A stretch of 20,000 nucleotides of DNA from Chiloscyllium plagiosum (GCF_004010195.1 NC_057755.1:11246936-11266935), one strand, 5' to 3'. Positions 10,008 through 19,994 are shown, numbered from the stretch's first letter. Notes: generated by a model not told the origin, from the sequence alone. Numbers and translations: made by a program.

Positions 10008-10875
10008 GCCATAGGAAATAGGGACAGGAGTTGGCTACTCGGCCCCTTCAGCCTGTCAAGCCTGATGCAACATTCCTTATGTCCACATTCCTGCCCATTC
10101 CCCTTTACTCTCGATCCCCCGACTAATCAAGAATCTGTCTGTCTCAGCCTTTAATATACACAAGGACTCTCCATCCTCATCTCTCTGTGGTAAGGAGTTC
10201 CAAAATATCACACTCCTCTGAGAGGAGAAATTCATCCCCATCTCAGTATTATATTGGTGACCAGAGCGTGCCCTCAGCTCCCAGACTCTCCCATGGGGAG
10301 ACATACACTCTCAGCATTTACCATCGAGCTCCTTCACAATCCGATATATTTCAATGAGGCACATCTCATTCTTACAAACTCCAGTGAGGTGAGTTCCATG
10401 TTTAGCCTTTGATCATAAAACAATCCCTCCATACCAGAAATCATCGTTGTGAACCTTCTGCGAACTGCCTCCAATTAAATCATATATTTCATGAAATAAG
10501 GGAAAGCTGCCCGCAGAGCTCCAGTTGTGGTCTCACCAGCATCTTGTACTGTAGCAGTGAGACTTCTCTCCTCTTCGACTCCAACACCCTTGAAGTAAGG
10601 CCTAATATTTCATGACCCCGTTCCTGAATTGCTGTTGCCCCTGTGCGCTAGCTTTCTGTGGTTCGTGCACAAGTTCCCCCAAGACCCTGTGTGTTGTGTC
10701 GCACTGCTGCTTTTCTTCGTTTCAGCAATAGTTTTCTTTCGTTCTCCTGTCCAAAATGACCTTCACACTTGTCCACTTTATACTCCGTTTACCTACTCTT
10801 TGCCCACTCATTCAACTGATTGATATCTCTCCGTAAGCTGCCTGTACCCCTTTCACAATCTGCCTCGCTACCTTT
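10008..10875 (-). mobile_element. CR1 LINE ORF2 3' part plus tail (resumes at ~11555-11612)
   Basis: ORF 10077..10304 reads TEMGMNFSSQRSVIFWNSLPQR...LKAETDRFLISRGI. The continuation gtcatctgcaaa at ~11565 reads FADD on the minus strand. Confidence 0.85.
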
Positions 10876-11553
10876 CTCTCTCAATGCAAATCTGCAGGTT
10901 GAGTCAACAGTAAGGAATATAAATGCAATGAAGGCATGTATTTTGCGAGGACTTAAATATTAAAGCAGGGATATACCTATGCGGCTCCTTGAGAGTCTGG
11001 TCAGAGGATATTTGGAGTATTGTGCGCAGTTTTGGGCCTATATCTCAGGAAGGGTGTACTGGCCCTGAAGCGTGTTCAGTGAAGTTTCATGAGAATGGTC
11101 CCATGAATGAAAAACTTAACAAATGAAGAAAGTTTGAGGGCTCTGGGTCCATACTCGATGGAAAATAGAAGGATGTGGGAGTGGGAGGGGGAATCTAATT
11201 GAACCATATAGAATAGTCCATGGTGTGGACTGAGTGGATGTTGGGAAGTTGTTTCCATTTTTTGGAGGGATTTGGATCGAGGGCACAGCCTTCGAGTAAA
11301 GGAAAGACATTTTAAATGGAGATAAGGAGTAACATGTTCTTCCAGAGAGTGGTGAATCTCCTGTGAAGGCTGTGGAGACAAGGTCTTTGAGTATATTTAA
11401 AATTGAAATAGATAGGTTCTTGAGTATCAAGGGGATCAACAGTTATGGGGTAAAACGGGAGAATGGGTTTCAGAAACTTACGAGCCATGATTGAATGGCA
11501 ACGCAGACTCAATGGGCTGAATGGCCGAATTTCTGATCCTATGTTTTATGCTC
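10876..11553 (+). mobile_element. CR1 LINE ORF2 3' part plus tail, nested in the opposite orientation
   Basis: ctggtcagaggatatttggagtattgtgcgcagttttgggcc (LVRGYLEYCAQFWA), ttccagagagtggtgaatctc (FQRVVNL), and tail atgggctgaatggccgaatttctgatcctatg. Confidence 0.88.
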
Positions 11554-11654
11554 TGTTTGTGTAAGTCATCTGCAAATTGGGCTCCAGTGCATTTACTTCC
11601 ATCATTAAAGTGAAAATACTCAAGTAGATATTTTGGGAAGTTTTTGTATTATGT

Positions 11655-11815
11655 GCCATGCATGGCCATTGCTTAAGTTCAGTTGGATGGACAGCTGGCT
11701 TGTATTACAGAGTATTGCTAGTTGGAGAGGTTTAAATCCCAGCATGGCTGAGGTGACCTCGAAGGACTCTCTGCACTCTCACCCCTTGCCTGAGGTGTGG
11801 TGTCCCTCAGGTTAC
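11655..11815 (+). mobile_element. Diverged tRNA-derived SINE fragment
   Basis: A-box-like agttcagttgg, B-box-like ggtttaaatccc, and a 3' inverted repeat cctgagg-N9-cctcagg (11789-11811). Confidence 0.55.
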
Positions 11816-11961
11816 TATTTTTACTATTTAGCAACTCAGTATTAACATTAAAACATATTCTATCACAACCGTGTTCTGACACAGTCTTGTTTTTCCCAAA
11901 TTGTAAAAGATCACTTTGAAAATGTTGCAATCCTCATGTCCCTGTGGAGATTTCCAGAGAG

Positions 11962-11968
11962 TATAAAT
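11962..11968 (+). promoter_or_regulatory. Putative TATA box of the GPCR gene
   Basis: TATAAAT starts 78 nt upstream of ATG 12040, in non-repeat sequence. Confidence 0.6.
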
Positions 11969-12039
11969 AATGGGTTTCATTAACTCCGGAGCTGAATTAA
12001 GTTGGATTGTTCATTGAGGCAGAGGAGTGCATTCGGAAA

Positions 12040-12106
12040 ATGCACAGAATAATTCTGATTGCCAACAAAATATATTACGTGATCCTGGCTGTCATTGGTA
12101 TTCCGG
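12040..12106 (+). CDS. GPR139/GPR142-like GPCR, coding exon 1 (N-terminus and start of TM1)
   Basis: ATG has A at -3 and an upstream in-frame TAA (11998-12000). Encodes MHRIILIANKIYYVILAVIGIP plus one G, followed by a consensus donor G|GTAAGT at 12107. Phase 1 matches exon 2. Confidence 0.88.
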
Positions 12107-12244
12107 GTAAGTAGGTGTACACAGAAACTGAGTAAATATGCTGCCATGTTTTTACAGTGGGACTGATACTGTGCACAAACCTTGCTGCAGATACTGCATT
12201 GCTTTTATCGTTTGACGAGTTTTGAGAAAAATTGCAGCTGATGT

Positions 12245-12395
12245 TGAGGTTCTTGATGTAGGTTTGCTTGCTGAGCTGGAAGGTTCATTTTCTGATGTTT
12301 CATCACATTACGAGGTTACACCTTCAGGGAGCCTCCGGATGAAGCTGCGCTGGTGTTTCCTGCTTTCTATGTATATGTTGGGTTCCCTTGGGTTT
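12245..12395 (-). mobile_element. Penelope-like element terminal fragment with decayed hammerhead core
   Basis: Minus strand ctgaagg-tgtaacctcgtaatgtgat-gaaacatc (12294-12327), followed by gaaccttccagctcagcaagcaaacctacatc. Confidence 0.6.
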
Positions 12396-12459
12396 CCAAG
12401 GTTTTTGATTTTTTGATTTATTTCCTTTATTGACTGTTTGATTTCAGTCTCGACCCTCA

Positions 12460-12530
12460 TCTCAACCCTCCTTCTCCTTTGATGCTGCTTGACCTGCCCT
12501 GTTTTTGTCCAGCTCCACACTTTATCAACT
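12460..12530 (+). mobile_element. Single arm of a Penelope-type foldback repeat
   Basis: ctccttctcctttgatgctgcttgacctgccctgtttttgtccagc is homologous to 19933-19976. Confidence 0.65.
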
Positions 12531-12640
12531 TAATGTAGTTTGCGAGATTGTGTTTAGTACAATAATGCATCGTCGAGAACCACTGATGCCCCGTCAGCCT
12601 GAAACAATGTATTCATAACGAAGATAGCTCTGTTAGTTAT

Positions 12641-12860
12641 CAGAAAGAAAAATTGCTGGAGAAACTCAGTAAGTCCAGCAGCAAACGTGGAGAGAAAGCA
12701 TAGTCAACGTCTCGAGTACTTTCTTCAGAACTGACTCTGTTCAACCTGTGAAACATTAACCCTGCTTTCTCTCTCCGCGAGTACTGCCAGACCTGCTGAG
12801 CTTCTCCAGAAATTTCTGTTTATTGCATCAGATCTTCAGCATCAGCACTTATTTGTGATA
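12641..12860. mobile_element. Diverged Penelope-type palindromic element
   Basis: Arms at ~12646-12714 and ~12749-12818 are imperfect reverse complements (ctggagaaactcag / ctgagcttctccag; gagagaaagca / tgctttctctc). Confidence 0.75.
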
Positions 12861-12874
12861 TTCTCTTATAAATC

Positions 12875-13326
12875 TGTTATGACACGGAATAAACCCCTCT
12901 GCTAATTTAAACCCGACTCACAGAGAAACTCACCTCACGCTGTAATCTGTTGAACTTCGAGAGACAAAGAACTATTCTAGAGGTCACAATTAAAAGTAAA
13001 AAAATCAACAATTTCATTCTTCACGTCCAAAAGAGAACTAAGGACAACTACTTACAGCGCATTGCGCTTAAACCTATCTTTTGCCTCCTGCGCTGCAATA
13101 CCAGGTAAATTACAAAACTCTTATGATTTTCAAAAATGCTTAATACAAATTCGATTGGATTTTGGTATCTGGCGCGTAATTGAAATGCATTGGCTGAGTT
13201 TGGATTTGCTATTGTATCTTGGCAACTGCGCTGCATTATTGGCTTTACTGTGAAATTATGCATTTTAAATTCTCTCAGCACAAGCTACGCTTCCTATATC
13301 CGTTCCAGATCCAGTATCTTATAATA
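12875..13326 (-). repeat. Solo LTR, internally shortened, related to the LTRs at 4333-5042 and 6910-7629
   Basis: Starts TGTTATGACAC and ends tcttataata. Shares aaacccctctgctaattt, cttaaacctat, gattggattttggt and tggcaac blocks. No TSD seen. Confidence 0.75.
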
Positions 13327-13354
13327 GTACAGTAAACCCGGTATATGCCACCTT

Positions 13355-14028
13355 TATAGGAGCAGGGAGGTGATGTTGGTACTGTGCACGACCTTGATGA
13401 AGCCACAGCTGGAATACAATGTGCAGTTCTGGTCCCTGCATTATCGGAAGGGTGGGATTGCACTGGAGAGGTTAGCGGTCAGAGGCGATTCACCACAATG
13501 TTGTCTGATATGGAGCGTTTCAACGATGGAGAGAATCTGAATAAATTTGGGTTGTTTACGTTTGACCAGAGAAGGCTAAGCTGGAACTGATAGATGTGTT
13601 TCCCATTCTGAGATTATGGGGATGCTGATGGAGTTTAGATGAATGAGAGGGTTCTGATTGAAATTTACAGAATGCTGAGCGGCCTTGATAGAGTGGACGT
13701 CGAGAAGATGCTTCCAACAGGAGAAGAGATGATTATCTGAGTGCATAGCTTCAGAGCGAACGGACGACTCTTTAAAGAAGAAGAGAAATTGCTTCAACCA
13801 GATGAAAGCAACTCCGTGGGGTGCATTACGCAGAAAGCTGTGGAGACCAAGACACTGATTGTAGGTAGGGCAGACGTAAGATAGGCTCTTAATCAGTGAA
13901 TACATCAAATGATCCAGGGAGAAGCCAAGAGAATGTGATTGAGATACATGTCAGCTGCGATCTTGGAGATGACTCAATAGGCCGAATGGCCTAAATCATC
14001 TTCTTTTCCGTATGGTCTTATGGTCTTA
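13355..14028 (+). mobile_element. CR1 LINE ORF2 3' fragments (probably two pieces joined near 13615) plus tail
   Basis: aagccacagctggaatacaatgtgcagttctggtcc (KPQLEYNVQFWS), ctgattgaaatttacagaatgctg (LIEIYRML), and tail ggccgaatggcc...tatggtcttatggtcttat. Confidence 0.8.
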
Positions 14029-14100
14029 TTGTGCTTTCACATTTTGTGTCATATATAAATTTCTAAATTAAAGGAATATCCAAAATAACAGCATTGGAAC

Positions 14101-14668
14101 CATTAAGGAACCAGGCCAGACCCCTCCTCAAGACATTTTAAGAGGTTAGAGTAGATCCTAACTTTTTCGTATTTTAAAGGCAGCTGCGAGGTGGATATTC
14201 CAGGAGTGATGCAACCACTCGATCAAACCTCTCAGCTTTCAGCAATTTATTTAAACACTACACTAAAACACGAAAAAAGTGGAATTTAAAGTAAATTCAC
14301 TATTGGAAAAACTAACTAACGTGATACAGGAATTTAATAAAGGAGGTGTGCCGATCCAGTCACAACCCATACACGCACCCCTTGGCAAAAAGATTAATTG
14401 AAACACAGATGCCAGAGGGAGCAACATCCAGAGATTTGTCAGAGGGAAAGTCAGTCAGGAATCGTCTGCAGAAGCTTGCAATCTTCCTGAACTCCAGCAG
14501 CTTGTGAGTGTCACAACAAAACCAATCTGGGATTAACCTGAACTGGGGGAGCTGGCCACTCCCCCGCCATTGTTATATCAGGCTCTTTCCAGACTCCTTG
14601 GCACCTCGACCTCTCGTAAAAACAACCCAAGCGCTAAGGAAGCTTGTTAAAATGACAGCACCATCAAA
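14101..14668. repeat. Probable solo LTR of a different family
   Basis: accaggccagacccc...gtggatattccaggagtgatgca...ggagctggccactccc resembles a shark LTR as I recall it; termini are decayed. Confidence 0.45.
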
Positions 14669-15197
14669 GTACTCTATTGTGGTGATCTCCTGTGACAAAC
14701 CTCAATCAGAAAACTCGTCACCACAAGTTCATTTTCTCAGTCAGTTTTGTTTCCATGTTCCTACTGCCCTTTCTTTTATTGAATGACGGGAAAGTGATTC
14801 TGGAATATCTATTTGATACTACCTGCCTCCCTCTGCTCATTTAACATCCCCCTTATGACTGCATACCAAACGTTTGTCTCCCCATCCTATCTGCTCTGGG
14901 ATGTGATCGCTCATCCAGCCCCTCACCCAAGTTTTGCTGTGGTGAGGGGGAGTTCAGGGGATGGGAAGGGTGTTTCGACACAGGATTTGTATTCACGCGC
15001 ATCATCGCTCCACCTCATCCTCTTCTCTTGCCACCACCCACCTGCACAGATCAAACCGAGATCCACTCATACGCTGTTCCCTCCCATGACGGAGGTTCCT
15101 GCTCAGGATTTGTTTCCTTGCATACTCCCAATTTGAATTCTGTCCTACGCTAGGTGAGAGCACCATCCAATCAGTTCAAGCAAGCTTATCAACCTAC

Positions 15198-15450
15198 CTC
15201 TCTGTGTCCCAACTGCCTCTCTCTCTCTCTGACTCTGTTTTTCTCTCTCTCCTTTTCTCACTCTGTCTCTCTCTCCGTCTGTGTCTATCTCTCTCTCTCT
15301 GCAACTCTGTCTCTCATAGTCTCTCTCAGTTTCTCTCTCTGTCTCTCTGTCACGCACTCTCTCTCTCTTCCTCCCTCTCTCTGTCTCTCTCCCTCTCTGT
15401 CTTTTGTTCTCTGTCTCACTGTCTTCCTGTCTGTCTGTCTCTTTCTGAGA
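15198..15450. repeat. (CT)n/(CTGT)n low-complexity tract
   Basis: Near-continuous degenerate CT repeats. Confidence 0.93.
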
Positions 15451-15675
15451 CAGATGTCGGGTGACTCCCTACCCTTATTACGATGTCCAGCAGTAAGTGA
15501 ACTAAGTCTTATCTCATTAACTCTCGGTTTGTCAGATCGGGAATTAGACATGTCTGAGATGAGCCAAAATCTTAAATGTGATGTTTAATTAATTTAAAGC
15601 CACGTGTGTTTTGATACCAAAGGGAATAAGTGACAGTATGTTTGGTTCAAACCTGTTCTCTTCTCTCCCCTGCAG

Positions 15676-16020
15676 TTAATTTAGTGGCTCTCTTGATCTT
15701 GTCTCAGGGAAGGTGTGGCCTGTCCTCCTGCACCACTTGCTACCTGGTGGCCATGGCAGCATCGGATCTGATGGTTCTTATTACAGAGGTTGTACTGAGG
15801 AACATCAATGGCTATTACTTCCCATTATCCTTCTTAGATTTGACTCCATTATGCAGTATAATCTATGTCTTATCAACAGCAGCCACCTCCTGCTCTGTTT
15901 GGTTCACGGTCACTTTCAGCTTTGATCGATTTGTCATTATCTGTTGCCGGAGACTGAAACTTCAATATTGCACAAAGAGAAATGCAGTTGTAATTCTGTC
16001 AACAACCTGCACCCTGATCT
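15676..16020 (+). CDS. GPR139/GPR142-like GPCR, coding exon 2 (TM1 end to TM4), truncated by assembly gap
   Basis: Acceptor ctgttctcttctctcccctgcAG at 15674-15675. Open frame (V)NLVALLILSQGRCGLSSCTTCYLVAMAASDLMVL...TPLC...SVWFTVTFSFDRFVIICC...YCTKRNAVVIL contains TM1 Asn, TM2 Asp, TM3 Cys and a DRF motif. Confidence 0.93.
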
Positions 16021-16520
16021 NNNNNNNNNNNNNNNNNNNNNNNNNNNNNNNNNNNNNNNNNNNNNNNNNNNNNNNNNNNNNNNNNNNNNNNNNNNNNNNN
16101 NNNNNNNNNNNNNNNNNNNNNNNNNNNNNNNNNNNNNNNNNNNNNNNNNNNNNNNNNNNNNNNNNNNNNNNNNNNNNNNNNNNNNNNNNNNNNNNNNNNN
16201 NNNNNNNNNNNNNNNNNNNNNNNNNNNNNNNNNNNNNNNNNNNNNNNNNNNNNNNNNNNNNNNNNNNNNNNNNNNNNNNNNNNNNNNNNNNNNNNNNNNN
16301 NNNNNNNNNNNNNNNNNNNNNNNNNNNNNNNNNNNNNNNNNNNNNNNNNNNNNNNNNNNNNNNNNNNNNNNNNNNNNNNNNNNNNNNNNNNNNNNNNNNN
16401 NNNNNNNNNNNNNNNNNNNNNNNNNNNNNNNNNNNNNNNNNNNNNNNNNNNNNNNNNNNNNNNNNNNNNNNNNNNNNNNNNNNNNNNNNNNNNNNNNNNN
16501 NNNNNNNNNNNNNNNNNNNN
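16021..16520. other. Assembly gap (500 N)
   Basis: Exactly 500 Ns; probably a placeholder size. Confidence 1.
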
Positions 16521-19418
16521 AATGGAGGTGTTGCAGGTGGCACATGGGATACCACTAGGGAGTCACTTAGGAGTGAGAAAAACTCAAGGTAAAAGACAAA
16601 AACATTTTTACTGACCTGGACTGCACACGGATGTAACTGAACTTTGCTAGACATGTCGTACATGTCAGGTAATTGGAAAACCACAGTCAGTAATAAAACC
16701 CGCACCTTTAATACCTATTCCTGCATTTGAGGAACCTTTTTGCAAGAGCCTGCATTGATTTTGAAGGTCCCCCAACCCTAAAACAAAAAGTGGGAATCAG
16801 TATTTGTTAACAATAATGGATGTGTCCACGAGATTTCCAGAGGCCATTCCATGACGCAATATCACAGCTAAAAGGATTGCAGAGAAATTACTCAAAGTTT
16901 TCACAAGGTGCCGACTACTGACAGAAATACAAGAATCAAACTCCTCATTATTCAAAAAAGCTTACGAACAAAACTATTTAAATCTACTACGTACCATCCA
17001 GAATCGCAGGGAACGCTAGAAATGTGGCGTCAGGGATTGAGGATCATGTTGAGGGCTTATAATCAGGATTATCCAGATGATTAGGATAAGGGAGTTCCAT
17101 TTGTGCTTTTCGTGATCAGAGCTGCGCAAATCCGTCGACCAAATACAGCCCATTTGAATTAGTTTATGGACATGAAGTGAGAGAACCACTAAAATTGATG
17201 AAGGAGAAATTGTTAGGTCAGAATTCAGGGACCACATATGGGGACAATGTGTCAAATCTTAGGGAATGATTAAATAGAGCTGGGGAGTTGGCTACACAGC
17301 ATTTATAAGTATCACAGCGTATAACAAAACAGGAAGTGGATAAGAAATCAAAAACTCGCAGTTTAGCGATCGAAGATGAGGTATTAGTGTGACTTCCAGT
17401 AATAGGTGAACCTTGAAAAGCAAGTTTTAGTGGACCTTGTCAAGTCGAAAGGAAATTGAGTGAGGCGAACGATTTGATAGGGACTCCAGACAGGAAGGAA
17501 TCTCACAGAGTGTGTCACGTGAATATGCTCAAAAGGGATTGTAACAGGGAAGGGAAGCAAAAGGAGAAGGTGCTACTGTTTAGAGTGGAGAACCAAGCGG
17601 AGAGGATTCTGAATTGGACATTCCTCAGATTAAATCGGACAATGAGGACGTTGCAAAAATTGGGATAAATTGTTGAGGTACATTCCACAAGAAAATCGAA
17701 ATGACCTGAAGGAATTATTTCAGTCACCTGGGGAGATATGTGGAATTAAGCTGGGACTTACTAACCTAATTGTGCATGATGTAGATATTGGAGATGCTGT
17801 TCTGATCATACAACATCCTTAAGGCATAACCCTCTCTGGTTGGCACAGGTTCAGAAGGAGATTGAACACGCGCTCAATAATCAAAGTGAGTTACAGTGAC
17901 TGGAGCTCACCCACAGTAATGGTGCCAAAACCAGATGGTACCCAACAGTTATGTGTGGACTTTTGCAAAGTCAATGCAGTTACAAAGACTGATGCATATC
18001 CGATTCTGCGTTTGGAAGGCTGTGTTGAGAAGGTGGGACAAGCAGCTTATATTTCTGAGTTGGTTTTGCTCAGAGGATACTGGCGGGTACCTTTGTCTGA
18101 AAGAGGGAAGGCAATTTCAGCTTTCGTAACGCTGAGTGGACTGTAACAGCTTAAAGTCATGCCGTTTGGTATGGAAAATGCGCCGGCCACACTGCAGAGA
18201 TGAAGCAACACAGTCGCTGATGGATTAGCCAACTGTGTCTTATATATCAGCGACCTGGCCATTTTTAATCACGCATGGAAGAAACATTTCCAACACTTAT
18301 CCGACTTGTTTGATCAATGTTGGAAGTCAGGCTTGGGTGATAAACATGGCCTAAATCGAATTTGTGAAGGCCCAGGGTCACCTCCCTGGGCCATGTTATT
18401 GGACATGGGCAAATGGCCCCATGGGATGCCAAAACAAAGATAACTGTAGAGTGTCCCATACTATTGACAAAACAAGCAGGACGACAGTTCCTGGGATTGA
18501 GTGGATTTTATCACATTTGGAAATTTGATAAATTTTAAAAAGTTTAAAATTAGCAGTCTGTAACACGCATGTACGTTACATTGACTATAAGCATGCGAAC
18601 ATGCACAACTACAATCGGTTACAGTCTACGGTACTCCCACCAACAAAGGCCTCCATTTCTCATTCAAGTCTCGACAACGCGTCGGCAATCATGTTTTCCC
18701 GCCCTGGTTACAAATTTTAAACTTTTATCAAATTTGTACCAAGTTTTCGCTCCACTCACTGAATTGCTAAAGAAAGTAAAGAGGTTTTCTTGGATAGCAG
18801 ACTGTCAGAAGGCATTTGATGGTCTGAAAGCTGTGTTCACCCTCGCCCCGGTATTAACCACATTTAATTCCACAAAGCCGTTCAAGGTGGCTATCAATGC
18901 GAGTGATGGGGGTGTTGGTGCTGTGCTTTGCAAGAAGACAAGAAAGTAGAAATACATATTGGGTATTTTTCCCGGAAATTGAACGTTCATCGACAGAAAT
19001 ATTCGACGGTGGAGAAAGAGACTTTGAGCTTGGCGTTGGCATGACAACATTTCAGTGTTTATATTACCAGTAACGGATCTGAATAATCATAACGCACTGA
19101 TCACAACCCATTGAAGTTTGGGGAGAAACTTAAGGATAAAAATGCCAGATTGTTTCAACGAAGCCTCTTGTTACAGCCATCCAATTTGAATAATTGTGCA
19201 TGTGGAAGGACAGGAGAACGTGACTGCCGACACACTGTCCAGGCTGGAATGGGAAATGGAGGCGTTTGGTGGTGGGGAGTACCACAGACTGAAATAGATT
19301 GTAGTTGTGTATGTTTGCAAATTTACAGTCAATGTAACGTACGTGTGTGTTACAAAGTACAAACAAGCTTTTTCAGGGGTTATACAATGAAACCGTCTTT
19401 GGATATTGATCGTTCATT
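16521..19418 (+). mobile_element. Degenerate Gmr1-like Gypsy pol (integrase, RT, RNase H) plus 3' UTR
   Basis: Integrase ~16525-17550: AHGIPLGSHLGVRKT...TCRTCQ, YLLTIMDVSTRFPEAIP, YHPESQGTLE, FSGP...HVNMLK. RT ~17860-18510: WSSPTVMVPKPDG, LCVDFCKVN, MPFGMENAPATLQR, YISD. RNase H ~18880-19250: FKVAINASDGGVGAVL, KYSTVEKETL, TDHNPL, ADTLSR. Confidence 0.93.
18521..18735 (-). repeat. Inverted copy of the element's own pol end/3' UTR, flanked by AT-rich inverted repeats
   Basis: 18559-18699 is the reverse complement of 19213-19354 at about 80% identity by eye. Flanks 18521-18551 and 18713-18735 are inverted repeats. Confidence 0.88.
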
Positions 19419-19800
19419 TGGAGGATCTGGGCTATCGGGAGAGGCTGAACAGGCTGGGGCTGTTTTCCCTGGAGCTTCGGAGGCTGAGGGGTGACATTAT
19501 AGAGGTTTACAAAATCATGAGGGGCATGGATAGGATAAATAGGCAAAGTCTTTTCCCTGGGGTGGGGGAGTCCAGAACTAGAGGGGCATGGGTAAAGGGT
19601 GAGAGGGGACCTAAAGGGCAGCTTTTTCACCCAGAGGGTGGTGCGTGTATGGAATGAGCTGCCAGAGGGTGTGGTGGAGGCTGGTACAATTGCAACATGT
19701 AAGTGGCATTTGGATGGGTATATGAATAGGAAGGGTTTGGAGGGATATGGACGGGGTGGGACCGAAGTTGGACCGAAGGGTCTGTTTTCGTGCTGTAGGG
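19419..19800 (+). mobile_element. 5'-truncated HER1/CR1 LINE
   Basis: LEDLGYRERLNRLGLFSLELRRLRGDIIEVYKIMRG and FFTQRVVRVWNELPEGVVEAGT; tail gttggaccgaagggtctgttttcgtgctgta. Confidence 0.93.
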
Positions 19801-19827
19801 AGAAAAGCGTTGCTGGACCCAAAGAAG

Positions 19828-19994
19828 CAGGGCTGAAAATGTGTTGCTGGAAAAGCGCAGCAGGTCAGGCAGCAGCCAATGAACAGGAGAATCGACGTTC
19901 CTGAAGAAGGGCTTATGCCCGAAACGTCGATTCTCCTGTTCCCTGGATGCTGCCTGACCTGCTGCGCTTTTCCAGCAACACATTTTCAGCTCTG
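19828..19994. mobile_element. Young Penelope-type foldback element
   Basis: Arms 19832-19899 and 19923-19990 are complementary at 65 of 68 positions. Confidence 0.85.
19901..19928 (+). ncRNA. Minimal hammerhead ribozyme-like core
   Basis: CUGAAGA-A-GGGC-UUAU-GCCC-GAAAC-GUC has the conserved CUGANGA and GAAA boxes around a 4-bp stem II. Helix I is weak or absent. Confidence 0.6.

Noticed and set aside
14919..14949. 9-bp inverted repeat cccctcacc/ggtgagggg
   Set aside because: No supporting context; plausible by chance.
15630..15675. ORF-track N-terminus MTVCLVQTCSLLSPA of the 320-aa ORF
   Set aside because: It starts at GTG and is intronic polypyrimidine tract and acceptor; the length is inflated by Ns.
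15937..16705. ORFs spanning the gap
   Set aside because: Artefacts of N runs containing no stop codons.
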